Position numbers and translations under genes: made by a program
Origin: Macrostomum lignano
Taxonomy: Eukaryota
DNA: 64,000 bases
Direction of reading: 5' to 3'
NCBI GenBank assembly: GCA_002269645.1
Contig: NIVC01000644.1
Coordinates: forward strand, 62,001-126,000
The notes under the pieces: generated by a model
Database searches by the model: none
Seen by the model: only the letters and a program-made list of their open reading frames with translations
Told to the model about the DNA's origin: nothing
In this document: positions 38,139 through 51,609 of the stretch, in pieces
Layout of the letters: each line of letters begins with the position of its first letter
How positions within the stretch are numbered: position 1 is the first letter of the stretch

Positions 38139-39110
38139 TAGGGATGCCAATTCCATAGAATTTTAAAACCCCAGGGAGATGGGGAATTTTCAGCTTTTCC
38201 CTGGGGTCCCTGGGGATAGTTTAAATGGAGTGCTTAAAAGATTAAAACTGCAAATGTGGTAAAAAATGTACTTTTACTAAGTTTTTTGGATTTCTACATA
38301 TCATACATTCATACCTTTATCTATATATAGACTAAATAATGTCTGATATACTAAAATACTAGTTCATTTTGTTTAAAGTATACTTTTTCATTGCAGATTT
38401 ATGTTGTAACACATTAAATGTGATTGTGATTTTGGTTGTCTATGATTTGCAACTATAGGCATGAAACTGATTAAATATTCAAAAATTTGAGAATGTAGAA
38501 AGTTCAAATACAAAATGAAGATATAAATTATAAACTTATAAAGTTATAATTATACACATAAATAAGAGAAATATAAACATAGAAACAGAAATAGAATTGG
38601 GTTTGGACTTTGTACTTAAATGGATGAATTGAAAATCAGATTCCATAAAAAAATATGTTAAAAATTCAAATAAAATAATTAACTGTTGGCCTGTCTAATA
38701 AATGGCATTCAAACATTCACAATATATGCCTTATAGGCCAATCAAAACATGTTTGATGGTCTTAGATCATGTTCTATCAAGCATATAAGGCTCCTTATAT
38801 ATAATCAGTTGGCAATCACTGTGCAACCAATACTTTTGTACTTTTTTCTTTATTGTAGACTTAGTCAATAATAATTTGTCTATAAATGAAGGAAAACAAA
38901 TGAGCAATCATTTAAGTGCTTAAAAACAGATCTACTATATTTTTTTCATTTAAACAAATCAACAACAATTCAAAACATTTAAAAACAATTTATAACAATT
39001 CAAAAGAATAAAAAAATTTTATCTGGGGATCCCTGGGCAAAACCCTGGGGACAAAACCCTGGACCTTCATCGGGGTCCCTAGGGAGTTGTCCCTGCGGTT
39101 GGTATCCCTA
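38139..39110. mobile_element. Non-autonomous hAT element, 972 bp
   Basis: TIR tagggatgccaa / ttggtatcccta; 8-bp TSD ataatgac / ataataac; ccctgggg subterminal repeats at both ends. Confidence 0.8.
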
Positions 39111-39589
39111 ATAATAACATGATATATTGTATATACCCCTAATTAAAAAAACTTTGTTATAGTTATAATGAAAATCAAAGCAATTCAATTTATAAAAATT
39201 TAAAACAATGCTTTGCTAGGGGCCTTATTGCTTTATAAAGTAATGATTCATTTGCAAAGAAACTTTTAATCTAGACTTCATATTACTAAAGTACCTATGT
39301 CATTTATATGGCCACAAGCTGTTGAAACCTGCGGATTTTGAACCCAGGGAACTCCAATCCCTAGAACTATTTTTGCATGTATTCTAAAATCTAAAGTCAT
39401 ACTTAAACAAAAACTTTTTAATAGTTAGGAATTTAGGATAGAGTTAAACATAAAACAGAGTAATTCGTGTAAAATTAGTATTTGAAGCAAACATTAATAT
39501 TGTTGGTTGGGGTGCTACACAGAATGTCAGGCAAACTCATGGCCTCTGCCTCTCCTTGTGTCCCTTGGAAGTTGGATCCTTAGAAACTT

Positions 39590-40950
39590 CTATCTCTACC
39601 TTCTCTTCTGTTTTCTCTCTTCTCTCTAGCCTGTGGTCTCTTCTCTCTCTCCTCTATCCCCTCTTCCCTCGTCTATTCCCTCCTTTCCTCTCTTATCTCT
39701 GCTCTCTTATCTCTCCCTTTCTCCTGTTTTATCTCTTCCCATTTATCCCTGCTCTCTATTCTATCTTCTCTCTGCTCTCTACTCTCTCTTCTCTCTGCTC
39801 TCTACTCTTTCTTCTCTCTGCTCTCTACTCTCTACTCTATATTGTCTCTGCTATCTACTCTATCTTTCCTCAGCTCTCTACTCTATCTTCTCTCTGCTCT
39901 CTACTCTCTCTTCCCTCTCCCCTCTTCTCACTCCTTACTCTACCCTTCTCCTCTCTCCTTTCTCCTCTCCTCCCTCCTCTGTATTCTGTACTCTCTCATC
40001 TCTCTCCCCTCCTCTCTTCTCTCTTCTATTGTCTCTTCCCTCACCTCTCCTTTCTCTTCTTTGCTCTCTTATCTATCTCTCCTTTCTTTTCTTTTATCTT
40101 TTCTCTCTTATCTCTTCTCATTTCTTTCTGCATGCTCTCTACCTCTATCTCTCCCTCTCTCCTCTCCCATCTCTCGTCTCTCTCTCATCTTTTCCCCTGT
40201 TTCCCCTGTCCTCTCGATTCTCTCCCCTCCCCTCTTCTCTCCTTACTCACTTCTCTCTCTCCCTTTGTCTCACCTTTCATCTCTCATCTCTTATTTCTTA
40301 TCTATCCTCTTTTCTCTCTACTCTCCCATCTCTCGTGTGTTCACTCTTGTCTTTGCTCTCTCAGTCTCATCTTCCCTCTCTCATCTATCATCTTTACTCT
40401 CATATACTCGTATGTTCTCATCTCTTTCCTCTGTACTCTTCTATTTCCCCTCATCTGACTCCTCTTTCCGCTCTCTTCTCTCCACTCAGATATTGTGTTC
40501 ACTCTCATCCCATCTTTTCTGTCATCTGTATTCTCCAATCTTCAGTGTACTCTTCTCTTTACCCTCTTCTGATTCCTTTCTTCCCTTATTCCTCTTCTTT
40601 TCTCTCTTCTATACTCTCTCCCCTCTATTCTCTTTTCTCACCTTTCTGCACTCTGCTCTCTCCTCCTTCATCTCTCATCTCTACTTTCTTCTTACTCTCC
40701 TCTGTCATTGATCTTGTCTTATCTCTCCCATCTTCTCTCTCTCTCTCTCTCTCTCTTCTCACTTCTACTCTTTCCTCTCCCTTCTCTCTCCCCTCCTCTC
40801 ACTTCTAACTCCAATATTATCTGCTCACTCCTTATCCTTACCCCATCGTCTCTCTTCTTGTCTTCTACTATCTTTTCTCTTATTCTCTTCTTGCTTTTCC
40901 TCTCTTCTTATAGTCTATTCCTTCTCCTTTTCACTCTCATCTCATCAGCC
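39590..40950. repeat. 1.35-kb imperfect (CT)-rich polypyrimidine tract
   Basis: Very high C+T content on the + strand; ORFs 39556-41076 are composition artefacts. Confidence 0.93.
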
Positions 40951-41187
40951 ATGAGCTTGATTCTTTATTTGGCATTTGAGGTTAAAGTCTGCCAATCGCC
41001 GCTTCGAAAGCATTTGTGGGAAATAATACTCTCATGGTTGTTATGCTTTAATCACATCATATTTCTGGCTAATTAGCAGCCCTGAGAGGAATTTGTGTAT
41101 CTCCCCCTAGCCCAGCTCCACCACCATAGTCTGCAGCAGTCTAACAACCAAGGAAATACATATTTCTTAGGAGCCATTCAAATTTAA

Positions 41188-43546
41188 CCCCGCCAACACT
41201 GATGGCACGCCAGGCGTGCCATGGGTCTCATTTAACCATACACTGAGAATACGTGTCTATGGCCCAGATGGTTTAGCATAAATGACTTTTCCATATCCCC
41301 ATAAGTCACGGATGGCATGCTGTGCGTACCATGTTATTGTTTCACAATTTTTTAACTATATTTGACTGCAAGTACAAGATAGATAACAAAAACTTTAAAA
41401 GCGGACAACAAAAGAACAAAAAACAATTAGGTAAACAATATTTAAAACATCAATGAGGCATTTAGGAGGAGCGTTTTGAATTTCGTATTCTGAACATAAT
41501 TAAGTTTTGCACCATACTACCAGTGCAACTACTGTGCTGCTGCAGTGTGCGAATTCTGAAAGCATGGGACAGCACACAGCTCGGGCTCTCCTGGGCAACC
41601 AGCGCATACGAACACCGTTCTTTTGGCCACATCGCTTTGTTGGCCTCGCATTGGCATCTGTCGGCGGCAGCTTCGATGGCGCGTGCTGTGAGATGGCCTT
41701 GTGCTTCAATGTATTCAGGCGTTTGCCCCGGCCTGTCTGCTCCATGAGAGTACAGATCACAGCTTCCAAAAATTCAACGAATTTGATATCGCTTCCTCCT
41801 TGGCAATTGCAGATCCAGGCATTGCGGACCAACTGCAGCAAAATGTGGAACCCGAGCTTCTGGTGCCATCTGTATGTTCTTCTCCCCGCACTGTAAGGCT
41901 GCAGTGCTGCATCAAGGCGATCAACGCCTCCCATGTACTTATTGTACTATAGCACCGAATTCGGTTTTAAAACTGACTTCTCCGCTCCGCCTCGGATCAC
42001 TCGCCTCACTTCCGTGCTTTCAGCAACACCGTGCGTGTCCAACAAGTACACAGTTTTGCGACCGCTTGCCTTCCTATCTACCAGCTTGACTGCGAGAACA
42101 TCGCCGCGGCACATCTGGGAGTGACTGACGGGTTGCAAGGGCAGCACTTTCAGCTCATTCGGCACACCTCGATTGGGCCTCACTGTCCCAGTCAGTAAAG
42201 TACTGCGTTCTAGCAGAAACTGTGCCAGATGGAGCCATGTGAACTAGCTGTCACAGAAGACCTTGTACCCTAGGTCCAGCAAATTTTTACTCAATTCAAC
42301 AACGATCTTCTCGCTCATCGATAAATTACCGCAGTTTAATCCATCTCCAAACTTGTCGTTATCCTGCTTAGCAGCATGTACATGAAAGTTCCACAGAAAA
42401 CCTGTCAAAGCTTCCGTCAAGCAGTAGACCTTGATGCCGAATCTGGCACGCTTGTTGGGCATGAACTGCTGGAAAATGAGCCTGCCCTTGTACATGACCA
42501 GTTCTTTATCAACAGACACCTCTTGATGTGGGCTGTAATTTGCTTGGCAAATATTGTGGACAATGTTAAGAAAAGGTCGAATCTTTTTCAAGGAGTCCTG
42601 TTGGTTGTCAGTGGTGCAGTTGTAAAATCAAAGGAATGATAGTATCTGCACAAACCGATCCCTTCCAAGGCAATGTTCTTTCTGGAAGTATTTGCCGCTG
42701 TAGAAGTCTCCCGTGGACCAGTACATGTGCATTTCGGGCTTCTTCACAAGACCCATGTACAGGATGATTGCTAGTGACTTCTTCACCTCATTGTCGGTAC
42801 ACGGTCTCCAAGTTGATAGCAAATTGGGAAGAGCTCCGTCCTGATCTTCAGCTGTCAAATGTTGAAGCTCCATGTCAGCTTGGGCGTTGGTCCAGATGCA
42901 AATGGCAGACACCAGATCAGTGGTGAGAAAGTGCTGCAGATAGAATTGCACCTGGGCCATTTTACCTTCAGGAGCTTGTGCTTGGATGTCTGGGTTCAGG
43001 CCAGGCACAGTGAGGAATTCGGGCAGATCGCTGAGACGCGAATCTTCACCATCTTGAGCAGTTGTCCATTCATTCTTGTTGGCGAACTCGACTCCATGCT
43101 CAGCTACTTCACCATTACTCTCACCATCTTCCTCGTCCAGCAACTCTTCATCGACACTCATATATTCGCTGTTGCTGCCGTCACTGGTGAAAACAGAACC
43201 TTCCATAATTGCAATTGCAGCATCATCAATGTTGTTAGCCATGATTTTGAGTCTCGCGTAAGTTTAATTAATTATACAGTAAAGTTGGACAAGTTTGTGG
43301 TATCAGTAAAAATTTACTGCATGATTCTGGACTGTTTTACCATAGATAGTTTTAAAATAAACTGTAGTATCAGTCAAGTGCAAATTTTAGGACAGTTGGA
43401 ACTCAATAGTTAAGTAAGCCAGTCAGTAGTCTATGGGAATTTCTTGAGCCGTAAATTGACACAGTGCTCTATGGCAGTGGGAAAGAGATTGAAGCCCCAT
43501 GGTACGCATGGCATGCCATCCGTCAATAGTGACTGTGCGCTACTGG
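41188..43546 (-). mobile_element. Decayed piggyBac DNA transposon, about 2.3 kb
   Basis: TTAA at 41184-41187 (alternative 41232-41235) and 43547-43550; subterminal inverted repeats gatggcatgccatgcgtaccatg; internal transposase relic. Confidence 0.88.
41529..43242 (-). pseudogene. piggyBac (PGBD4-like) transposase pseudogene
   Basis: One frame with stops at 42628-30 (TGA), 42244-46 (TAG) and 41947-49 (TAG). Motifs SVDKELVMYKGR, KRARFGIK, VFCDS*FT, GTVRPNRG, YNKYMGGVDRLD. Frameshift in the C-terminal Cys-rich domain (CAGCPGEPELCAVPCF). Confidence 0.92.
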
Positions 43547-43899
43547 TTAAAAGTACCTTATGCGAATCTTAATATTAAAATTTTCATGGTGTAACTAATT
43601 TAGTAGGATTGCATGATAAACACTACTAATCAGTTATTCATTAATTTTTTGCTATTTTTACAAACCATCTTACATTGTCTTGATTTGCTATCCACTGTAA
43701 AACTGCTGCAGACTTGTCTATATAGGTACAGAGGACACTGGTTTGAATCTCTCACTAAACTGTCATGGCTAAATGTAGCCTCTCCACATGCGAGGTGCAG
43801 AGAAGGCTATAAAAAAGTTATTCCAAAACACTATACATTCACTATGTCAATTGATCCCTATTGCCTGACCCTCTGTCTGAGCTAGGAGAATGAGTGAGT

Positions 43900-44535
43900 G
43901 AGTGGTACAAATGACAGAAAAAGCAAACAAACTTCACATGCTTACAGTTTCCATCCTGATTGAGATACAGAGTTGAGACTTTACATGTAAGTAGAGTATG
44001 AGTCAATAAAGAATTGTGTCAAATTTGAAATCAATCGCTTCACGTAGAGCAAAACTATGGCAACCAAAAGTTAGGCATTTTAAAACCTATTCACACCTTT
44101 TGCCCAGATTGGGAAAGAGAGGCAGGCGGGCGGAGGTTAGGGTGGCTACCTTGCTGAAAAAAATAGCCTAACTTTAAAAGTGCATACTGTGCATAGCACC
44201 TTTTAGGATTAACTTGAAAACTTTAAATTTTACACAATTGTGTCAAAATAGTTGAAGGTTGATTGTGTCAAATTTGAAGAGGATTGGTAGAAGTGGAGCG
44301 GCTCTATGGGGGATTTAGTAAAAAATGCGCATTTTAAGCAATTTTTTGCACTTTTAGGTAGGCCTAGAAAGACTCAAATTTAGAAAATTTTAAGGTAGCC
44401 TATGACACTTTCTGTAGTGAATTTAGAGTGGGTGCAAAATTTGGTAGGATTTGGTTAAGCAATTTGGGAGTCTATAGCAAAGTAATTTGTACATACACAG
44501 ACAGAGTTTTGACTTTTATAGGTATTAGGTAGAGA
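43900..44535. mobile_element. Possible non-autonomous Helitron/Helentron-associated (Lep1/DINE-1-like) element
   Basis: Three spaced tgtgtcaaatttgaa / gtgcaaaatttgg motifs and a 3' end acatacacagacagagttttgacttttataggtattag resembling the recalled Lep1-type tail; left boundary unclear. Confidence 0.35.
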
Positions 44536-45429
44536 TATCAGATAGGCCCAATAATCAAAATCATCAGATAAGTCATTAAATAAGTCAAGGTCTATTAAAT
44601 GCAAAATCTATAACCTAAGACTAAGACCTAAGACCTAAACCTAGGTGGCAATCTGCTGCACTATATAATTTTTTTTTCATATAGAGATAATACTTAATAG
44701 GAAAAGGCAAAATAAGCCTACAAGTAGTAGGCTATGTGGGCATATTATTGTAAGTATTAGATAAGTTAATAATATAATATAAATAGGCCCTAATAGTAAT
44801 AGTAAGCTACTTAGTATAACAAGAATTTTTAAGACCTTTTTTAGAAATAGGTGGCTTTATGGATATTCATTAAAGTATTTATTCATTGACATTTGACATT
44901 GACATCTCATTGGCCATTACCCATTAATAGGCTAGCAAACTCAATAGGTTGACATCACTCATCAGTATTAATGAGCTTGGCAATTGGCCTTAGGTTGACT
45001 TCAAGAACAATTATAATTGTAGTTGCCACTGCTTGGCACTCACATTAGGCCTTTTAGCCATTGCAGAGGGTGCACAGTCATTTTGTCCACCACCTTTTTA
45101 TCTGCCAGCAGAGGAAACAACTTTTTAAAAAGAAAACTGAAAGTATAGCTACATAGCTTGTAAAGCTAATTTTGAAGTTTAAGCCAAAGTCATTAATAAA
45201 TATTTTGCTAGAGGATATAAATTATCTACATCGTCTGTTGGACTGTTTCATGCAGAGTCAGATTATTTCATTTTCATCTTTGAGCAATGTAGGTCTGAAC
45301 TAAAATCACTAAAAGTACTGCATCTGATACACATATCTCATTCATTGTGCATGGTATGATTAGGCCTAGTTACACTCGGACTCGGTATGTTCCTAAGTCG
45401 ATCATCGGCATATCTCTATTTAACTAATC

Positions 45430-45950
45430 AATATACTAAAACTGACGTCCATATACTAAAACTGGTCTGTCGGTAGATATGTGATCGATTGTAGCAAAAA
45501 TGGCTCAACCAATTTTCTTCGTCATTATACTGCCACTGCGTCTAGCCAGGAGAAGCGAGAGCTCGAGAGCGCGCTTTCCTGCCGGTTAGCCCGATGATTT
45601 TGTAAGCTTTTGGCCCGGCTAGCCGGTTGTCGTCGGGTGGCCGCTGGGTTAGAAAAGCATGGCGTGACCCATGTAAGTTCATTGACTTATGTCGTTACTC
45701 CGATATATACCGTGAATTTAAGTATTACTTAGTAAAACAAATTACGAAACTCTTGTTTTAGAAAATAGACGCGGTTAAATAGCCGAAAGTAAATTTGTAT
45801 TTTTAGTTAAAACTGACGTTATTATGATTTTAGTTAAAAAATTCATTTAAAGTCTCACAAAAACTCTGTTCTAATTGCTAGAATATTTAGCTATTAATTT
45901 ATACTGAATAGATTGCAAAGAACAACTTTAAAAATGGCTGGCGGACAACC
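45430..45950. promoter_or_regulatory. CpG-rich island, candidate promoter / non-coding first exon (+ strand donor at/gtaagt at 45673)
   Basis: CpG-dense patch in otherwise AT-rich DNA; duplicated atatactaaaactg, tgacgt motifs, aaaatggc motifs. Could instead be a transposon end. Confidence 0.35.
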
Positions 45951-46062
45951 TTCTTCTGCCCCAACATGTAGATTGTGCCACCTCAAGAGTTTCGCCCAGC
46001 CCTTGAACTAACAAATATGGACACTTCTAAACACTTCTTAAATGTTGGCATAATTAAAGTAT

Positions 46063-46660
46063 GGCAGTGCTTATCCCCACGGTACCGTAGAAATAATTTC
46101 TGTCTTATTCCAACGGTACCGTGCGAATAATTTTCTGCTTATCCGCACGGCACACTGAGGAGATAGCTGCCCTATCTTCTACATATGCCGTGCGAATAAT
46201 TTTCTGCTTATCCGCACGGCACACTGACGAGATAGCTGCCCTATCTTCTACATATGCCGTGTGGGAAGTTTAGTACATACGATTTGAGTGCAGTATAACA
46301 ACTTTGTTGAATTATTGTTGAATAAGTATACAGAAGGGTATCAGTAAAGCAGAATAACACGCATTTACACATGCATATACTAGTCTAGAACTGATTCGAG
46401 TTTATACATCATCAAGATCAACAGCTTCTTAGTATCCTCAGTTCAAATTCCCTTTCAATAAGCTATAAACTATTCACGCACAGCATATGTAGCAGATAAA
46501 AACCGATAGGGCAGCTAGTAAAGCAGAGGGAATAAAACAGAGGACGTGTAGGGCAGCTATCTCGTCAGTGTGCCGTGCGGATAAGCAGAAAATTATTCGC
46601 ACGGTACCGTTGGAATAAGACAGAAATTATTCCTACGGTACCGTGCGGATAAGCACTGCC
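46063..46660. mobile_element. Mutator/MULE-type MITE, 598 bp
   Basis: About 125-bp near-perfect TIRs starting ggcagtgcttatc; perfect 9-bp TSD ttaaagtat (46054-62, 46661-69); internal tandem duplication of about 65 bp in the left arm. Confidence 0.92.
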
Positions 46661-47023
46661 TTAAAGTATTCATTTTTGGAAAGTTTCATGTCAATAGCTA
46701 AAAAATGTGCATACAGTGAACTTAATGAACGATTTTGCAGGATAGCCTAGTCATCTTTTGTGCTTATAATTTATATGGTATAAATATAAATAGTTATCAA
46801 TAAACATTGACTTGAAGTTTTGAATTATTTCTTAAAAGCCATTGGAATTAGCCATAGCCTAAAAAATTTACCTCATCATAGTGTTAAATTTAATTAATAT
46901 TTGATTTCTTATTTTAATATCCTCTGTGAGTATGATATATGCAAGAAAGAAATATAATAGGCTTAGCTTAAAAGTAATACTTTTTTCTCATTATTTTAAT
47001 ATTAGACTATTTATTAGGGGGCC

Positions 47024-47346
47024 TACACCTTTTTACGTTCAATTTTGATCAAATTCAAAGTCCAGTTCTAAAAAACTAAAGGAAATTTAATTTAGACAAT
47101 TCAGACTAGGCAATGCTTACTAGTAGCCTACTAGGGCAATGCTTACAAAAAATCAATAAAAAACAAAACCTCAATAAAAAACAAAACCTCAGTTCAAAAC
47201 ATTCTGCCATCTATTCTAAGCAAGGTTTAGCCATAGACAAAATTGTCCCTAGTCTAAATTGTCTAAATTGAATTTTGTTTAGTTTTTCTTAGAATTGGAT
47301 TCTGATCAAAAGACAAAATGAATATGAAAAGGTGTGAAAAGGTGTA
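47024..47346. mobile_element. Diverged foldback MITE, possibly Tc1/mariner-type (TA|cacc...ggtg|TA)
   Basis: About 100-bp imperfect inverted arms (aaactaaaggaaatttaatttagacaattcagactagg vs cctagtctaaattgtctaaattgaattttgtttagtttt). Confidence 0.6.
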
Positions 47347-47698
47347 GTGAAATATATAGATATTGCAAGTATAATTAGGCAGCTCATGAGACATTATATA
47401 GGCCTAGTATATCCTTGCTAGGGCAATTTTTTATTCAATACCATTTTGCAGATAGTGGGGTATAGGGGGCCTACGCCGGAAAATTCTGGCGTACACTTGA
47501 TTTCCGTGGCGTATACCAACGTATATTTCTTGGCTATGTACAGTGTGGTGTATGGCGACTGGTGTAGAAATTAATATAAAGAATTTTTTCATGTTTTTCT
47601 ATGTTAAGTTATTTCAAAAACCATTTTTTCTGCTACTATTTTCTCATTTACCAATTATTTTAATTACTGGAATTGTCACAACAATTGTCATGTCAGTA

Positions 47699-48491
47699 GG
47701 CTCATTCCATATAAGCATGGTCGTAACATGACAGGTTATTTTTACTTATAAAATGAAATCTAATAATAGAATATACTAAACCAATATTTTAAATGAAAGA
47801 TTATTTTGTCTAGAATATATTTATAGAGTTTCATATAAATATCATCATTAGTATAGATGCTATTAAACCTTAAATTACACTTATGGTCGTAACGACAGGA
47901 TTTTTGACATATAGAAACTAAAAGGTAAAAGTCTTATAACATTTTTCATTTTTGATATTTTGCAATACATTTTTAAAATTTGACTAAGAACATCTTTAGA
48001 AATCATACTCTTTTATAAGTTTATTAGAATATATAAACTCAAAAGGCAACAAAGATACAAAAGAAAAGGCAGCCTTATGGTCGTAACATTATGGTCGTAA
48101 CATATTTTTTTCTGTCAATTTAGTAACTTTGAGGTACTAATACATTAAAAATATAATAGATTATTTGGTCACCAATGCTTTTATCTGATGATGCAAGTAC
48201 TATACTTTTATCTATAGTTTGTTTCAACCTTCAAAAGCTTTCTATTTGTTTTTAAAAGGTACAAAATCTTAATGATGTCTTTTGCTTCGAAAAATGTCCA
48301 AATTTTTACAAAAATGACTTTTTGCCAATTGATAACATACTAATCCAACATTTTACCATTCCTTTATTCTTAGATTGTATATATTGCACAATATAAACAT
48401 TTGGTAAAAAATAGGCTAATTAGGCAATGGCAAGCAAAAATATTGACTTTTTTCTATTTTCCAAATATGTCTATCTTATATGGAATGAGCC
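47699..48491. mobile_element. MITE family X copy 2 (793 bp), inverted relative to copy 1
   Basis: Same 17-bp TIR; 4-bp TSD agta. Confidence 0.92.
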
Positions 48492-48769
48492 AGTATCATT
48501 TTTTGTAGTTAAAATTTAAATTTAAATATTCCTTGATTTTTTACCATTTCTTAAGTTGGCATACATTTAAAATCTGTTGACATACAATTAAAAATTCAAT
48601 AAAAATGTGTCTGGCATACACAGAAAACCTTCCGCAATATGGATTCAATAGCATTCTTGACATTTGCCACTTGCTTTTTTCTAATATGCCAGATAAAACT
48701 CTTTAGATAGAAATACTTTGATAGAGCCATGCTTGCTTTACATAAGGCATAGGGGGCCTATAGTAATAT

Positions 48770-49406
48770 GTAATGTAACCTAAAATATATAAATTAAAAT
48801 TTAGAAATAAGGTTAATTGCAATTTTTGAAATATAGAAACTAAAAGGTAAAAGTCATAACATTTTTCATTTTTGATATTTTGCAATAATTTCTTTTTAAT
48901 TTGACTAAGAACATCTTTAGAAGTCATACTCTTTTATTAGAATATATAAACTCAAAAAGGCAACAAAGATACAAAAGAAAAGGCAGCCTTATGGTTATAA
49001 CATTATGGTCATAACATATTTTTTTCTGTCAATTCAGTAACTTTGAAGTACAAATATATTAAAAATATAATAGATTATATGGTTGCTAATGTTTTTATCT
49101 GATGATGCAAGTACTATAATTTTACATATAGTTTGTTTTATCTTTCTAAAGCTTTCTATTTGTTTTAAAAAGGTACATAAACTTAATGATGTCTTTTGCT
49201 TAGAAAATGTCCAATTTTTTACAAAAATAACTTTCTGCCAATTGATAACATACTAATCCAACATTTTATCATTCATTTATTCTTAGATTGTATACATTAC
49301 ATACAAAAAATATTTGGTAAATAAAATTGGCTAATAAGGCAATGACAAACAAAAATATTGACTTTTTTCTATTTTCCAAATATGTCAATCTTATATGGAA
49401 TGGGCC
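48770..49406. mobile_element. MITE family X copy 3, truncated and more diverged
   Basis: Collinear with copy 2 from gaaactaaaaggtaaaagtc to the terminal cttatatggaatgggcc; other end missing. Confidence 0.85.
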
Positions 49407-51609
49407 AGTGGATAAAACATAGAATGCAGAACAGAAATAAAAGGTAAAACGCAGATGGCAGAAATGGATGTGGATTCAGAATGGATATACTAATTAAAAT
49501 GCAGATGAACAACAGACTGCGGAAACAGAAACATTCAACAGGGGGGTCCAGAGAATAAGCGCCAACTTTTTAGCATCTATAGTTAATTTGGCCTTTATTG
49601 CTATTCTAGCTCTACTTCTACATGTATCCTCTGAATGCTGATCTCCATCTATATAAGCATTCAGGCTGCCATTTGGCCACTCCTATGAGCGTACTGCATG
49701 CATGCTAGCCCCAGCTAGCTAAGTATGTAGCAAGTGGCTAAGGTCCTCATGCTAGGAGGGATAGCAGGTGACCAGCAAGCAGAATCAAATTGGGTAATAT
49801 AGCTGAGCAGGAATGCGCGCCAGCAAATGCTGTACCAAGTCATGCAAACTTGCTTACGTAACCATGAGAACTGTCAAAATAGGCCTTCACACTGAATGGG
49901 CCTAGGAACCCACCTAGAGCTCAAAGTCTTAGCTGTCTCCTTCCTTATTCCAGTAGCCGATTTAAAGTACTCTCATAGCAACTACGATGGTTGTAGCAAA
50001 GGTAGGATCAGGACTAACATATTACGCGCAGGCAGGCTCAGCAGGAGAATAGATGTACCAATGTGCTCAATAGATTATTAGTTTTCAATAGGGTACATAA
50101 AGAAATAACTTTTATCCTAGCTGCCAAACTATGTGGCAGCACTTATCAAGAAATAATATCATCGTTGCGAAGCTGTTATAATTGTTGCAGTAATGTTTCA
50201 AGTGTCAACAAATACAATTAATACATGTACAATTACAATTACAATACAATTAATACCTAGTGTTTTACTTTAGGTGGCACAACTTGCAGCTTTGCTAAGT
50301 ATCAAACTTTTCAATTGGTTTCAATTGGAAAATATGCTCGTAATTAATTTTTTAATATTATATTTTGTAGAAGATTGGCTAGCTATAGTTGCCACCTGAA
50401 CCCAATTTTCCAAGAAATTTTGAAAATCCCAAGTGACAGGCGATTTTAGTGGCAGTTGTGGTCATATATTTGCTGCCATTGCTAATCATATAACAAACTC
50501 ACCCCCTTCAATGGCCAGAGAAAAGAATGAAGATGCATGCTACAAAGAATTCTAGCAGATTTACAAACAAAAGGCTACTTTTAGTATGCCTCTAACAAAC
50601 AACCAAAGAAAAATAAGTCACTGCGACAAAAGCATCAAGTTTTTTATTAACTTGAACCGATGTATTTAAAACTGTAATAAGTTTTATGATACATTTTTTG
50701 GATCAAACATAACCATTATAAAATTATGAAAATGAGTGTGCTTCACACATTATAAGTGTCTAAAATAATAATGTTAAGATATTTAGTGGCAATTTTCAGA
50801 CCTCACCAAAGATGGAAGTTAGGTGAGTTGTGCATGCAGTCATGATGAAAAGAAAGAATAGCTAAAACTTTCTATTGCAAAAACTCACAAAGTAAAAAAT
50901 CAAGAAAAAAAACACCACAAAATGGTCAAATAATTAATACCCTGATACATTTCCTATGTTGTCTACATCTGTAACTGAATTGCATACTACTACTACCTAC
51001 TTTTAACATTCAGGAAGCATAAACCAGATATGATTATTCATAGTTTAGATAGTCTATATTCGTTCTGCTGATTTAAGTCTTAAAATTAATTACCCTTTAT
51101 CCATCATTTCAAGTTTGAGTATAAATGCGTATTTGCATAACTTTAAATGTACGTAAATGCAAATGCCAAATACTGATGCAAAATTGAGCTACTAAAAATA
51201 ATTTACTACCAAACTTCACCGCAACAACTTGTTTCCCATTTTACTCCTCAATAAGATATTATTACATCGCTATATCTTCTAAGTATCAAGATATTTATCA
51301 AAGGTTTTGCTAGGCCACATCGTAGTAAATGCGTTAATGTTAATGGAAAAAACCCAATGTAGCAGAATCTTTGATAGCATGACACTTAAGACTATTTACT
51401 ATTCCTTTTAAAGGCTCACAGAAAAAACCTAACCTTTTCCTTGAATATTTTGTACCCACTTAGCTCTTGTCTGCCCTTTAGTACATGTAGTTCTACTATA
51501 CTGTTAGAAAAGGAAATTAGGCCAATAAAGATGCAAAAGCATAGTAATTCTTAGGCACAATGCTTACAATAAAAGAGCCTGCACCTCTATGCTCATTTGA
51601 AGGCATTAT

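Noticed and set aside
39556-41076. Leu/Ser-rich 289-391 aa ORFs resembling membrane proteins
   Set aside because: Artefact of the CT-rich tract, which is depleted of stop codons.
45933-46012. Short ORF MAGGQPSSAPTCRLCHL as a zinc-finger or transposase start
   Set aside because: Stops after 25 codons with no recoverable continuation.
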